DNA of 64,000 nt from Candidatus Micrarchaeia archaeon (GTDB lineage: Archaea; Micrarchaeota; Micrarchaeia; Burarchaeales; Fermentimicrarchaeaceae), in NCBI GenBank assembly GCA_038871515.1, contig JAVZHX010000001.1, positions 160,001 to 224,000 on the forward strand. The letters are read 5' to 3'. This document shows positions 8,342-18,083 of the stretch, one piece after another. The notes beneath the pieces are model-generated. The model was not told where the DNA came from. It saw only the letters and a list, made by a program, of their open reading frames with translations, and ran no database searches. Within the stretch, counting starts at the first letter, position 1. Each line of letters begins with the position of its first letter. Position numbers and translations under genes: made by a program.

Positions 8342-8680
8342 ATGGAAGAGAAGAGTGAAGTTTTTGAGGATGAATTCAGGGTTAAGGGAGATATAAATTT
8401 TGAATTGAATTTGCAGTTGCAGATAAACCGAATTAACCAACTGCTTGCTAATCAGAATCCTATAAACAATGAGCTGTTCATCAAGAGCGTTCTGGCTCTC
8501 TCTGAAATGCTGAGCGCTTACCACGATGAGAAATTCAAAACAGAATACAAGGAGATAACAAAAGAATGTAAGAAGCCAGATTTCTGGTTCTCACTCAAGC
8601 TTTACGGAGCGTTGTGCAGACTGATGGATAGGCTGAACTTACTCCTTGAAAAATCAAAGAAGGGAAGGTTTGAGAGATGA
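8342..8680 (+). CDS. Alpha-helical hypothetical protein coupled to ATPase
   Basis: Stop overlaps ATPase start (ATGA). Confidence 0.65.
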   Translation: MEEKSEVFEDEFRVKGDINFELNLQLQINRINQLLANQNPINNELFIKSVLALSEMLSAYHDEKFKTEYKEITKECKKPDFWFSLKLYGALCRLMDRLNLLLEKSKKGRFER

Positions 8681-9537
8681 GCGATAGCATAGTTGATTGG
8701 ATATACAACAGGGTGCATAAGCAGAATAAGAATTTCATGTGTGCGATAATCGGGGAAACAGGCTCAGGCAAAAGCTATTGCGCTTTGAGAATAGCTGAAG
8801 TATTGGATTCAACTTTCAACATCTCAAGGGTTTGCTTCACTCCAAACGAATTCATGGCATTACTGAACTCTGGTTTGTTGAGAAGAGGAAACTTCATAGT
8901 TCTTGATGAGGCTGGGGTTTCCATGCCAGCAAGGGATTTCATGAGCTTCACAAACAAGGCTATGAGCTATATTCTGCAAACTTTCAGGCATGAGAACTTG
9001 GGCGTGATATTCACGCTCCCAGACTTGAACATGATGGATGTTTCAGCAAGGAAACTTCTGCATGCTTTAATAGAAACGCAAGAGATTGATGCGCAGAGGC
9101 AAGAGGTTCTCGTTAAGTTCTTTTTCATCAACAACAATCCCAGATTTGGAAAGATATACGCAAGATACCCACGCTTTGTTTCTGAGGATGGAGCAGTTAT
9201 AAAGTATGATGGGTTCTACATCGGCAAGCCATCCGAAGCGTTAATTCAAGCGTATGAGGAAAAGAAAAAACAATTCACGGCTCAGTTGAAACGGGATATA
9301 TCCCTTGAACTACAGAAGCTGGAGAAGAGAAAGAACAGGGTGGATTCGGATGAATACTTCAATCAGGCGCTTGCAGACGCTCAGGAGAGGTGGAGGGATT
9401 TCATCTCTCTGAGGAAAACAACAAGGAGGATGTACATTGACAAAGCGAAGCTTAAGCTGGCTTACCCCCATATTGCTGGCGTAAAATTACCACTCCTACG
9501 TCGTATTCTGGAGTTGAATTTGAAAAGAAAACAATAA
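8677..9537 (+). CDS. Zot-like/viral packaging-type P-loop ATPase
   Basis: GETGSGKS, IVLDEAG, ARDF, QTFRH.NLGVIFTLP...D..ARKL. Confidence 0.75.
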   Translation: MSDSIVDWIYNRVHKQNKNFMCAIIGETGSGKSYCALRIAEVLDSTFNISRVCFTPNEFMALLNSGLLRRGNFIVLDEAGVSMPARDFMSFTNKAMSYILQTFRHENLGVIFTLPDLNMMDVSARKLLHALIETQEIDAQRQEVLVKFFFINNNPRFGKIYARYPRFVSEDGAVIKYDGFYIGKPSEALIQAYEEKKKQFTAQLKRDISLELQKLEKRKNRVDSDEYFNQALADAQERWRDFISLRKTTRRMYIDKAKLKLAYPHIAGVKLPLLRRILELNLKRKQ

Positions 9538-9726
9538 ATAGGGGTATTAATTTAGATTTAATTAATAGAGTTGCAACATTTCGTTTTTAATTATCATATA
9601 GAACGTGGGGGGGGCGTAATAGCGCTTAATTAATAGTTTAATCCTTTCAGACGGAGCAGTTAAAACTTCAAATAGGCTAAAGTTTGGAGAGTTTCTTGGC
9701 TATGAGCTCCCTAACTTCTGCATCCT

Positions 9727-9873
9727 TCAGGTTTGCTTGGGTTTCAGGATTAGGTTCCCCAGATTATCAATTATGAACTCAAGCTCCATCCCTTTCCTGA
9801 ATCCTTTTGCGGTTGCTATTGCTCTTGGTATGGTTATGGAAAGCTGGTTTTTTACTTGCTGGATTTTCACCAT
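9727..9873 (-). CDS. AbrB/MazE/SpoVT-family protein, 48 aa, not in ORF track
   Basis: MVKIQQVKNQLSITIPRAIATAKGFRKGMELEFIIDNLGNLILKPKQT. Confidence 0.8.
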   Translation of the reverse strand: MVKIQQVKNQLSITIPRAIATAKGFRKGMELEFIIDNLGNLILKPKQT

Positions 9874-9969
9874 ACAACCACAAATATTTTAATAAGTATG
9901 GTGTTTAATAATAATTGAGGTTTCGGAGGCAAGGGATATTTACTCCGTCATAACATTTTTTTTGGCTTT

Positions 9970-9983
9970 GTAGCTTCGGAGCC
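9970..9983 (+). repeat. attR core GTAGCTTCGGAGCC
   Basis: Exact copy of 1997-2010. Confidence 0.9.
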
Positions 9984-9989
9984 ATTCAG

Positions 9990-10256
9990 TTATTTCTCGT
10001 TGAAGTAATACGATTTATCCTTCAGATTATACCTGCACTTCAGCTTTCCTGATTTCACAAGCGAGTCAAGCAGTTGAAAACAAACCTCTCCAAACCCCGC
10101 TCTTCCACAACCAACAGCTGCCAAGAAGTGCTCGCCTGTCTCGGTGAGCACATATTTTTTACCCTCTGCGCGTATAACCCCAAGTGTTTCAAAGAGAGCA
10201 AGCCCCTCCTTAATCTCCTCATCGGTGAGTTTATACTTTGGAAGAGGGTTGGCCAT
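9990..10256 (-). CDS. Small winged-helix-like protein
   Basis: LGVIRAEGKKYVLTETG motif. Confidence 0.5.
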   Translation of the reverse strand: MANPLPKYKLTDEEIKEGLALFETLGVIRAEGKKYVLTETGEHFLAAVGCGRAGFGEVCFQLLDSLVKSGKLKCRYNLKDKSYYFNEK

Positions 10257-10286
10257 AGTTTAATTTAATATTTTTTAGTTAATAAA

Positions 10287-10589
10287 CTAAACGCAGAAAG
10301 CCTCGCTGAGTATCAGGAACATGCCTATGATGAAAACAGCAAGTTCAATAAGAAGAGTTTTTTCTCTTTTCAGGTAGAGCGCACAGGAGAATGCAATTAT
10401 TCCGCTTCCTGTGAAAATGAAAAGATAAAGATTTGAGCGGGAGATTAGCTCAGGAGTGCACTCCTGAACTGTAAAATAGCTGTGGTAGAAAAATGGCAGC
10501 ATTGCCTGTATCACGAGGAAACCTATCATCAACCCTTCCAGCATCCACTGCCTGCTCTCATCCATCAGCTCACTTCTTTCCGTATTCAA
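10287..10589 (-). CDS. Small membrane protein (3 TM)
   Basis: Three hydrophobic segments. Confidence 0.55.
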   Translation of the reverse strand: MNTERSELMDESRQWMLEGLMIGFLVIQAMLPFFYHSYFTVQECTPELISRSNLYLFIFTGSGIIAFSCALYLKREKTLLIELAVFIIGMFLILSEAFCV

Positions 10590-10815
10590 ACTCGCTGAAA
10601 AAGCCGTAAAGCACGATGAACACGCTCACTATCATGATTATCTGAAAAACAATAAGGTAGTTCTGATACTTCGGCGAGGTTATGCACGGGTAGCATGGAT
10701 CTGACTCAGTGATGGTTGGAGTTTGGCAACCGCAGATAATGTCATGCGCTTTGCTTGCCAGAAGAAAGCCAATTACGAAAAGAATGAAGCCCCCTATTGC
10801 GATTTTGTATTTCAT
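10570..10815 (-). CDS. Small 2-TM protein with Cys-rich loop
   Basis: TM-CGC...CYPC-TM. Confidence 0.55.
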   Translation of the reverse strand: MKYKIAIGGFILFVIGFLLASKAHDIICGCQTPTITESDPCYPCITSPKYQNYLIVFQIIMIVSVFIVLYGFFSEFEYGKK

Positions 10816-10853
10816 CTATACTCTATCTGCTGGGGTGTTTAATAATTTTATCA

Positions 10854-11717
10854 TTACAACCGAGTTGAACAGTATACTCCTGCGAGAATGAGAAACCCTC
10901 CAAAAGCAGAGTAAGCGGTTAGGGTTTCTCCAAGAAATATGAATGCAAGAAGCACTGAAAAGAGTGGGACAAGGTAAACAAACACTGCTGCTTTTGACGC
11001 ATCAATGAATTTTAATGAGTATGACCAGACAAGATAGCCAAATACAGTGCAGGTTAGAGCCAGGTAAACCAAACCCATCCATCCATAGAGCGAGAGGGAG
11101 AGAAGCTGCGAGGAGGGGAGGAAAGGGAGCAGGAGCAGAGCTCCGAAAATGGAGGTGTAAACAGTTGAGAAAAGCGGTGAGTGCTTCTCAACGAATTTTT
11201 TGTTCAGCACTGTGTAAACTGCCCAGCAGAAGGTGCTTGCAAGCGAGAGCAGCGAGCCAACTACATCATTCATTCTTGTTCCAATATCCATGCTGCCGTT
11301 TGTTATCACAAGAAAGGCACCGAGGAATGCGATGAGTATTGCCAGCAGTTTTTTGAAGCTCAGCTTCTCTTTTATGAGAAAGGAGGAGAGCAGAAGCGTC
11401 ATTGTTGGGTTGAAAGCAACCATCAGAGATGCATTTGTTGCTGTGGTTAGGTTAACTCCCTCGTATTGGAGTATGTAAAGCAGGGCAACGCCGAATACTG
11501 CAAGCAGCACAAGATGCAGAAAATCCTCTTTTCTAACTCTTTCGTTTTTTATATGAAGCCAAACTGCTGCTGGAATGAAGAAGAATGAGACAATTGTGAA
11601 TCTCATAGCTGCAATTGCTGTTGGGTTGAGCTCGGAGGTGAGCTGTTTCACAACTATCCAGGAGCTGCCCCAGAAAAGGGTTGTGAGCATGAGGAGAAGG
11701 TAGATGAGCTTTCGCAC
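10854..11717 (-). CDS. EamA/DMT family transporter
   Basis: FWGSSW start, ten TM helices in two repeats. Confidence 0.92.
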   Translation of the reverse strand: MRKLIYLLLMLTTLFWGSSWIVVKQLTSELNPTAIAAMRFTIVSFFFIPAAVWLHIKNERVRKEDFLHLVLLAVFGVALLYILQYEGVNLTTATNASLMVAFNPTMTLLLSSFLIKEKLSFKKLLAILIAFLGAFLVITNGSMDIGTRMNDVVGSLLSLASTFCWAVYTVLNKKFVEKHSPLFSTVYTSIFGALLLLPFLPSSQLLSLSLYGWMGLVYLALTCTVFGYLVWSYSLKFIDASKAAVFVYLVPLFSVLLAFIFLGETLTAYSAFGGFLILAGVYCSTRL

Positions 11718-11747
11718 AGTTCATTTTTATAGCGAAAATTAGAAAAA

Positions 11748-12029
11748 TCAATCATAGCGAATTGAGAAGGAGCTGAACTCTCCCTTGTAATCCTCCCAGA
11801 AGTGCTCAACTCTGTCAACTCTCGCACCTGGCGGTCCTTTCCTGCACCACGAAAGCAATTCCTCAAGCGCTTCCCTTTCACCCTCTGCCAAAACTTCAAC
11901 AGAGCCATCCCTTCTGTTTCTAACCCACCCAGTCAAGCCAAGGGAGAATGCTTTCCTTTGGGTGTTTGAGCGGAAGAATACACCTTGAACTATTCCGTAG
12001 ATTTCAGCGTGAAGCCGTGCTTTTGCCAT
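11748..12029 (-). CDS. acyP: Acylphosphatase
   Basis: GIVQGVFFR, GWVRNRRDGSVE. Confidence 0.95.
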   Translation of the reverse strand: MAKARLHAEIYGIVQGVFFRSNTQRKAFSLGLTGWVRNRRDGSVEVLAEGEREALEELLSWCRKGPPGARVDRVEHFWEDYKGEFSSFSIRYD

Positions 12030-12098
12030 ATTTTAATTTTTTAGGAGCATCTAATTAATTTAAATTCCTTTCCTGAGAATTTTATTCGGAGGTGTCGT

Positions 12099-13142
12099 AT
12101 GAAGGGTGAGATGAAAGCAGTTATGAAGAGGAAGCCAGCTCCAGGAGCAGAGCTTGTGAGCGCTCCAATACCGAAATTGGGACCACGTGATATTCTTGTC
12201 AAGGTAAAGGCGACTTCAATATGCGGGACTGATTTGCATATATATGAGTGGAATGCATGGGCGCAGAGGAGGATAAAGCCGCCAAGGATAATGGGGCATG
12301 AGTTTGGAGGGGAAGTTGTTGAGGTTGGCAAGGATGTTACGTTTGTTTCTGTTGGAGATAATGTTTCTGCTGAAACCCATATTGTGTGCAACAAATGCTT
12401 CCAGTGCAGGACAGGGCAGGCGCATGTGTGCCAGAATGTGAAGATACTTGGTGTTGACACGGATGGCGCATTCGCTGAGTATGTGGTTATTCCAGAGGAG
12501 AATGCGTGGGTGAACGACAAGAAAATGCCACCTGAGATAGCTTCAATACAGGAGCCGTTTGGGAATGCGGTTCATACTGTTTTTGCTGAGGATGTTGCTG
12601 GGAAAACTGTTGCGGTTTTTGGGGTTGGCCCGATTGGGTTGTGCGCGGTTGCAATATGCAAGGCGGCTGGAGCAGCGCACATTTTTGCAGTTGGAAGGAA
12701 GAATGATTACAGGCTGAACCTTGCAAAGAAAGTTGGAGCGGATACTGTGATAAAGTCAAATGAGGAGGATGTGGTTAAAGTTATCAAGGATGCAACGGAT
12801 GGCGCTGGAGTTGATGTTTCGCTTGAGATGGCTGGAAGCCAGGAGGCGATAAGCAACTGCTTCAAAGTTCTGAAATTTGGTGGAAGGGTTTCTCTGCTTG
12901 GGCTTCCTGCAGATAAAATAACGCTTGACTGGGCGGATGATATTGTTTTCAAAGCAGCAAGGGTTTATGGAATTGCTGGAAGGAAGATGTATGGCACGTG
13001 GTATACAACGGCTGGCTTGCTCAAATCTGGGAGAGTTGATGTAAAACCGATAATAACTCATAGATTCAAGCTTGAGGAGTTTGAGAAGGGAATGCAGCTG
13101 ATGCATGAGGGGAAGTGCGGGAAGGTTGTTCTTTATCCTTAG
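12099..13142 (+). CDS. tdh: L-threonine 3-dehydrogenase
   Basis: [30 protein letters not shown]; adjacent to kbl. Confidence 0.95.
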   Translation: MKGEMKAVMKRKPAPGAELVSAPIPKLGPRDILVKVKATSICGTDLHIYEWNAWAQRRIKPPRIMGHEFGGEVVEVGKDVTFVSVGDNVSAETHIVCNKCFQCRTGQAHVCQNVKILGVDTDGAFAEYVVIPEENAWVNDKKMPPEIASIQEPFGNAVHTVFAEDVAGKTVAVFGVGPIGLCAVAICKAAGAAHIFAVGRKNDYRLNLAKKVGADTVIKSNEEDVVKVIKDATDGAGVDVSLEMAGSQEAISNCFKVLKFGGRVSLLGLPADKITLDWADDIVFKAARVYGIAGRKMYGTWYTTAGLLKSGRVDVKPIITHRFKLEEFEKGMQLMHEGKCGKVVLYP

Positions 13143-13153
13143 GAGGTGGTGAG

Positions 13154-14329
13154 ATGAGGCTGGAGTATATAAAGAATGAAATTGAAGAAATGAAGAAGAA
13201 AGGACTTTTCAAGGTTCCTCCAATTCTTGGTAGCCCCCAGGGACCAAGGGCAATTGTCAATGGAAAAGAGGTAATCAACCTCGCCTCAAATAATTACCTG
13301 TGCTTAACAACAAACAAAAAAATGAAAAAGGCTGCAATTGAGGCGATAAGGAAGTACGGAGTGGGAACTGGTGCTGTGAGGCAGATTATTGGGACAATGG
13401 ATATACATGAGGAGCTTGAGAGAAAAGTTGCGGAGTTTAAGAAAGCTGAAGCTGTGCTGCTCTTCCCCACAGGCGTTATGGCGAACAGCGGGACAATACC
13501 AACGTTGGTTGGGGAGGGGGATGTTATACTGAGCGATGAGCTTAACCACGGGAGTATAATTGACGGTTGTAGGTTAACGAAAGCTGAGAGAAAAATCTAC
13601 CCTCATTTGAATATGGAGGCGCTTGAGAAAGCATTGAAGGAGAGCATGAATGCAAGAAGGAGGTTGATAATCACAGATGGAGTTTTCAGCATGGATGGGG
13701 ATATTGCGCCCATGGACAGGATAGTTGAGCTTGCTGAAAAATATGATGCGATAACGTATGTTGATGATGCGCATGGTGAAGGGGTGCTTGGGAGGAATGG
13801 GAGGGGAATTGTTGATCATTTCAACCTGCACGGAAGAGTTGATATTGAAATGGGAACATTTTCAAAAGCGTTTGGGTGCATGGGTGGCTATGTTGCTGGA
13901 AGCAGCGAGCTGAGAAGTTACTTAATACAGCGGGCAAGAGCATTCCTTTTCAGCACATCTCACCCACCCGCAGTTGTTGCTGCAATAAGCGCTGCAATAG
14001 ATATTGTGCAGGAGCAGCCGAAGTTGTTTGATAAATTGTGGAGCAATGCAAACTATTTCAGAAAGAAACTGCAGAAGTTAGGTTTCAACACTGGCAACAG
14101 CCAAACACCAATAATACCTGTGATAACTGGGGAGAGTTCACTTGCTCAGAAGCTGTCTGAAAAGCTTTTTGAGAAGGGAGTTTATGTGAACCCGATTGTT
14201 TATCCAATGGTTGCAATTGACAAGGCGAGGGTTAGAAACATAGTTACTGCAGGGCATAAGAAGAAGGATTTGGATGCTGCGCTAGCTGCGTATGAGGAAG
14301 TTGGGAAGGAGCTGAAGTTAATAAGTTGA
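13154..14329 (+). CDS. kbl: Glycine C-acetyltransferase (2-amino-3-ketobutyrate CoA ligase)
   Basis: [37 protein letters not shown]; operon with tdh. Confidence 0.9.
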   Translation: MRLEYIKNEIEEMKKKGLFKVPPILGSPQGPRAIVNGKEVINLASNNYLCLTTNKKMKKAAIEAIRKYGVGTGAVRQIIGTMDIHEELERKVAEFKKAEAVLLFPTGVMANSGTIPTLVGEGDVILSDELNHGSIIDGCRLTKAERKIYPHLNMEALEKALKESMNARRRLIITDGVFSMDGDIAPMDRIVELAEKYDAITYVDDAHGEGVLGRNGRGIVDHFNLHGRVDIEMGTFSKAFGCMGGYVAGSSELRSYLIQRARAFLFSTSHPPAVVAAISAAIDIVQEQPKLFDKLWSNANYFRKKLQKLGFNTGNSQTPIIPVITGESSLAQKLSEKLFEKGVYVNPIVYPMVAIDKARVRNIVTAGHKKKDLDAALAAYEEVGKELKLIS

Positions 14330-14378
14330 AAAGTATTATATACAAATCAGAGCATTATATTCCATAGTAGTGGTAGCT

Positions 14379-15788
14379 ATGGGTGAAGCTGGGGAGGATG
14401 CAGAGGAGTATTACAAGATAGGTAATGAGTATTATGAGAAAGGCAACTTTGACGTTGCTGTTGAGTATTACACGAAAGCAATTAAAGTTGACCCTCTTTT
14501 TGACAAAGCGTATTATAACAGAGGGTTGGCATATGCTTGCAAGGAGGAGTATGATAAGGCAATTGAGGATATAAATAAGATGATTGAGCTGAAGCCAAAC
14601 TTTGCAGAAGCGTACTACATACTTGGGTTGGCTTATGAGTACAAAAACATGCCTGACAAGGCAATTGAGAATTACAACAAAGCGCTGGAGTTAAATCCGG
14701 ATTTTAAGGATGCGCAGAACAGGCTTGAGCTTGCAAAGAGCAAGAAGGAGAAGGCGAAGGAGGTTACAACAACAGAGCCTGGAACGCTTGCAAAAATAGA
14801 GTTTCTTGAAAAACCAAAAATTAATTTCAACGATGTTGCTGGGATGAATCACGCGAAGGATGTGATAAATGAGTTGATTGTTTACCCATTCAAAAACCCT
14901 GCACTTGCGAAGAAGTACGGCAAGATGGCTGGTGGAGGGGTGCTTTTCTACGGGCCTCCGGGATGCGGTAAAACATTTATGGCAAAGGCAACTGCAGGGC
15001 AGTGCGATGTTAACTTCATTCACGCAAGAATAAATGAAATTGTTGATATGTACGCGGGCAACACTGAGAAGAACCTGCACAGAGTTTTTGAAACTGCAAG
15101 AAGGAATGCTCCGGCTGTTGTTTTCTTTGATGAAATGGAGGCGCTTGGCGGGAAGAGGGAAGCGGATATGCAGGGCTTTCAGAAGATGGCTGTTAACCAG
15201 TTTCTTGCAGAGATGGATGGGTTGGAAAGCACAACTGAAAACGTTCTTGTGATTGGGGCAACAAACGCCCCTTGGGATGTTGACCCTGCGCTGAAAAGAG
15301 CTGGGAGGTTTGGGAGAACGGTTTATGTCGGGCTTCCTGATAAGAAGTCAAGGGAAGCTTTATTTAAATTATACTGCAAGAACAGGCCTCTCGGGAGGAT
15401 TAACTGGGGAAGGCTTGCGAGGGCAACTGAGGGGTATTCAAGCGCAGATATAAAGCAGCTATGCGAGGATGCTGCAACAATACCGTGGAAGGAGGCGTTT
15501 GAAGGGAAGAGGGAGAGGCCTATTGAGATGAGGGATTTTCTGAAAGCGATAAGGAAGAGAAAATCATCCTTAACTGAGTGGTTTGGGACAGTGAAAAAAC
15601 AGCTTGTTGGGAGGAAGGAGAAGGTTGTGCAGGATGGGAAGGAGCACTGGGTTGAGCACGAGAGCAAGCTTACTCCTGAGGAGAAGCAGATGTACAAGGA
15701 TTTGATAAATGATGTAAAACAATACACGATGTGGAGGTATAAGATTCCAAGGTTGATAAAAACTGAGTTCGCAAAGTGGATTTTCTAG
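14379..15788 (+). CDS. TPR-domain AAA+ ATPase
   Basis: Three N-terminal TPRs; GPPGCGKT, FFDEME, GATNAPWDVDPALKRAGRF. Confidence 0.9.
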   Translation: MGEAGEDAEEYYKIGNEYYEKGNFDVAVEYYTKAIKVDPLFDKAYYNRGLAYACKEEYDKAIEDINKMIELKPNFAEAYYILGLAYEYKNMPDKAIENYNKALELNPDFKDAQNRLELAKSKKEKAKEVTTTEPGTLAKIEFLEKPKINFNDVAGMNHAKDVINELIVYPFKNPALAKKYGKMAGGGVLFYGPPGCGKTFMAKATAGQCDVNFIHARINEIVDMYAGNTEKNLHRVFETARRNAPAVVFFDEMEALGGKREADMQGFQKMAVNQFLAEMDGLESTTENVLVIGATNAPWDVDPALKRAGRFGRTVYVGLPDKKSREALFKLYCKNRPLGRINWGRLARATEGYSSADIKQLCEDAATIPWKEAFEGKRERPIEMRDFLKAIRKRKSSLTEWFGTVKKQLVGRKEKVVQDGKEHWVEHESKLTPEEKQMYKDLINDVKQYTMWRYKIPRLIKTEFAKWIF

Positions 15789-16762
15789 AGTTTTTTTGCA
15801 ACTTTCAATGCTCCTTTAACTCCAAGCAAGTCAACCGCCATGTTCATGAAGCGAGCCAGCAGCGCAAATGAAACACTTTGGTATGGTGGAACGCCAAATA
15901 AGGAGAGAACAACTGCTGTTCCTCCTTCATATAAACCCATCCCAGCAAGCGTTGGGGCGGGTATGAATTGAAGTATTGTGACAAGCGGGTGGAGGAATGC
16001 GAAGAAAACAATTTCAGGAAGAGCTGTTTCAATTTTCATTCCAATGCTTTTTGAAAGAAGGACCCATTCGCAGGATTTTATGAACCAGGTTGTAAGTGAA
16101 ATTGCTAGTATGTAAGGGAGGAGCTTCCTAATTGACTTGGAGTTTTTCTGCATCTTTGAGAGAATGGAGTGAATCTGCTTGCCATATGGAAAAATAGAGA
16201 GGAAGGAGAGCTTTTCAACGAATTTTTTTGAGAAGAGAAGCAAGCCCATGAAAGCTATCATTGAGAGGAAGATGAATGCTCCAACAACCATTCCGATAAT
16301 GCTTTCGCCTATTTTACCCGCCAGCATAGTAAGTAGGTACCAGAGCGCAAGCGAGCCGGCAAGAAACTTCAGGGTGAACTCAAAGAGCTGCGGTGCAAGG
16401 ATGGAAAGCATCGCCTTATCCATCGGTATACGCGAGTTTTTGTTTATCAGAAAAGCAGTTGCAAAGTAGCCAGTTCTTGCAGGGGTGAAGTCAGAGGCGA
16501 GCATCCCTGAAAGGCTTGCCTCAAGCGCTTCAAAGAAGCTTATTTTCTCTTTAACTTCTTTGAGAATCAGAGTTATTCTATATGCCATGAATGAGTTCAA
16601 ACCAAGATAGAGAAAAGCTGCACCAATGAAGTATACTAAATTGACATTCCGCATAACCTCTAGAACTTTTGGGAAGTCTGAGAGGTATAGAACAAGCGCA
16701 ACAGCAACAAGTGAGATGAGAAGCTGAACCAGCAGTGATTTCTTCATTTGCGCACCTTCCAT
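15785..16762 (-). CDS. Flippase-like membrane protein (UPF0104/LPG synthase TM family)
   Basis: FTPARTG, IPAPTLAGMGLYEG, many TM helices. Confidence 0.8.
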   Translation of the reverse strand: MEGAQMKKSLLVQLLISLVAVALVLYLSDFPKVLEVMRNVNLVYFIGAAFLYLGLNSFMAYRITLILKEVKEKISFFEALEASLSGMLASDFTPARTGYFATAFLINKNSRIPMDKAMLSILAPQLFEFTLKFLAGSLALWYLLTMLAGKIGESIIGMVVGAFIFLSMIAFMGLLLFSKKFVEKLSFLSIFPYGKQIHSILSKMQKNSKSIRKLLPYILAISLTTWFIKSCEWVLLSKSIGMKIETALPEIVFFAFLHPLVTILQFIPAPTLAGMGLYEGGTAVVLSLFGVPPYQSVSFALLARFMNMAVDLLGVKGALKVAKKL

Positions 16763-16825
16763 TAGATTATCTCCTCATTTTTTTAAACTTTGCACTGCTT
16801 AATTTAAAGAGGAGGTGTTTCTGGA

Positions 16826-17800
16826 GTGGGAGTTCTGCAGAGTTTGCAGCTTCTTTTCAAAAAAGCAGTTAGCATAACTGGCATAAAAACTGAGAGGGGC
16901 GTGCTGGCTAGAATAGAGATTCAGCTTGCCCCGTATATGGATGTGATGAGAAGCGAGCTCAACGCTTCTGAATGGGCAGTGCTTGTAGCTTTATCGTCGT
17001 GCGTGGGTTTTCTCATTCTTCTTCTTCCGCTGTATTCAACTACTGGCTCTCCTGAGCTCACGCTGATTTTCTCCCTTCTTGGAGCAATTTTCATCGGTTA
17101 TATTGTGATGACAATACCTATGCTGCTTTCTTATATGAAAGTTGAGGGGATGGAGAAAGCTATGCCGCTCTTCCTATCTCATTTAACCGCAATCTACTCG
17201 GAGAGGAAGAATATGAGGGATGCGCTGCTCAGCGTGATGTCCCTTGATTATGGAAAGCTTTCACCGGAGTTGAGGGAGGCAGTTTCAAAGTTTGAGGTGA
17301 GCGGAAACCCAAAAACTGCATTCAGGAGATTGAGGGAAACAATAAAATCAAGGAAGATAAACAGAGCGTTTGATTTGATAACAAATTCCATAGAAACTGG
17401 AGTTGATGTTTCAGAATCCCTCACACTGCTCACAAGCAACATAACATCTGACTTCGATGCGGAAAGCGAGAGGAGGAGCAGGGTGGATTTGTCAACGTGG
17501 ATGATTTTTCTTTCATCAGCATTCTTCTACCCTTTCTTTGCTGGGATGGGGTATAACGTGATTTTACTGCTTGAGAGTTTGATGGGAGCACCACTTTATT
17601 CTGAGCTGGAGAAGCAGTTCCTCCTCTTCAGTTTAATTACTTACATGATGCTCGCCAACGTGCTTGACGCGATGTTCATAGGGGAGGTGAGGTATGGTTC
17701 TGTGAGAAGGGGGCTGATGATGGTTTTTCCTGTGATGTTTCTTGTTGCATCTGTTGTTTTTGTGGTTTCCATGAGGTTTGCTGGGGCGTTTGTGGGGTGA
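16826..17800 (+). CDS. Type II secretion F / TadC-like pilus platform protein
   Basis: 2TM - cytoplasmic domain (DYGKLSPEL...ETGVDVSESL) - 3TM; next to pilin genes. Confidence 0.8.
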   Translation: MGVLQSLQLLFKKAVSITGIKTERGVLARIEIQLAPYMDVMRSELNASEWAVLVALSSCVGFLILLLPLYSTTGSPELTLIFSLLGAIFIGYIVMTIPMLLSYMKVEGMEKAMPLFLSHLTAIYSERKNMRDALLSVMSLDYGKLSPELREAVSKFEVSGNPKTAFRRLRETIKSRKINRAFDLITNSIETGVDVSESLTLLTSNITSDFDAESERRSRVDLSTWMIFLSSAFFYPFFAGMGYNVILLLESLMGAPLYSELEKQFLLFSLITYMMLANVLDAMFIGEVRYGSVRRGLMMVFPVMFLVASVVFVVSMRFAGAFVG

Positions 17801-17804
17801 GCAA

Positions 17805-18083
17805 ATGGCGTGTGTGTCTTTGGAGCTTTCCATTGCGGTGGTTTTTTTTGTCGCAGCAGTGCTGCTGTTCAGGGAGTATCAGCATATGAAGGGAATGAAC
17901 GCTTTGAAAAGTGAGAATGATGAGTTGAGGAATGCAATATATGCTTTGCAGAGGGAGGAGAAGAATTTCAGGGAGAGGGATTTCAAAAAACTTCTTAGTG
18001 ATTTCAACAAGCTGAAGGAGAGGGCGGATGAGATTGAGAGCGAGTACGTGAAGCTGAAGAGGAAGTTAGGTAAGGAAAAATGA
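17805..18083 (+). CDS. TM plus coiled-coil protein
   Basis: N-terminal TM, heptad-rich C-terminus. Confidence 0.6.
   Translation: MACVSLELSIAVVFFVAAVLLFREYQHMKGMNALKSENDELRNAIYALQREEKNFRERDFKKLLSDFNKLKERADEIESEYVKLKRKLGKEK

Larger units (their letters stand above)
1997..9983. mobile_element. Integrated element (candidate virus satellite or integrative plasmid), 7,973-bp circle on excision
   Basis: Identical 14-bp direct repeats at both ends, integrase next to left repeat, dense small ORFs, helicase-like and packaging-like ATPases. Confidence 0.9.

Noticed and set aside
9990..10815. Three small genes as part of the mobile element
   Set aside because: They lie outside attR (9970-9983)
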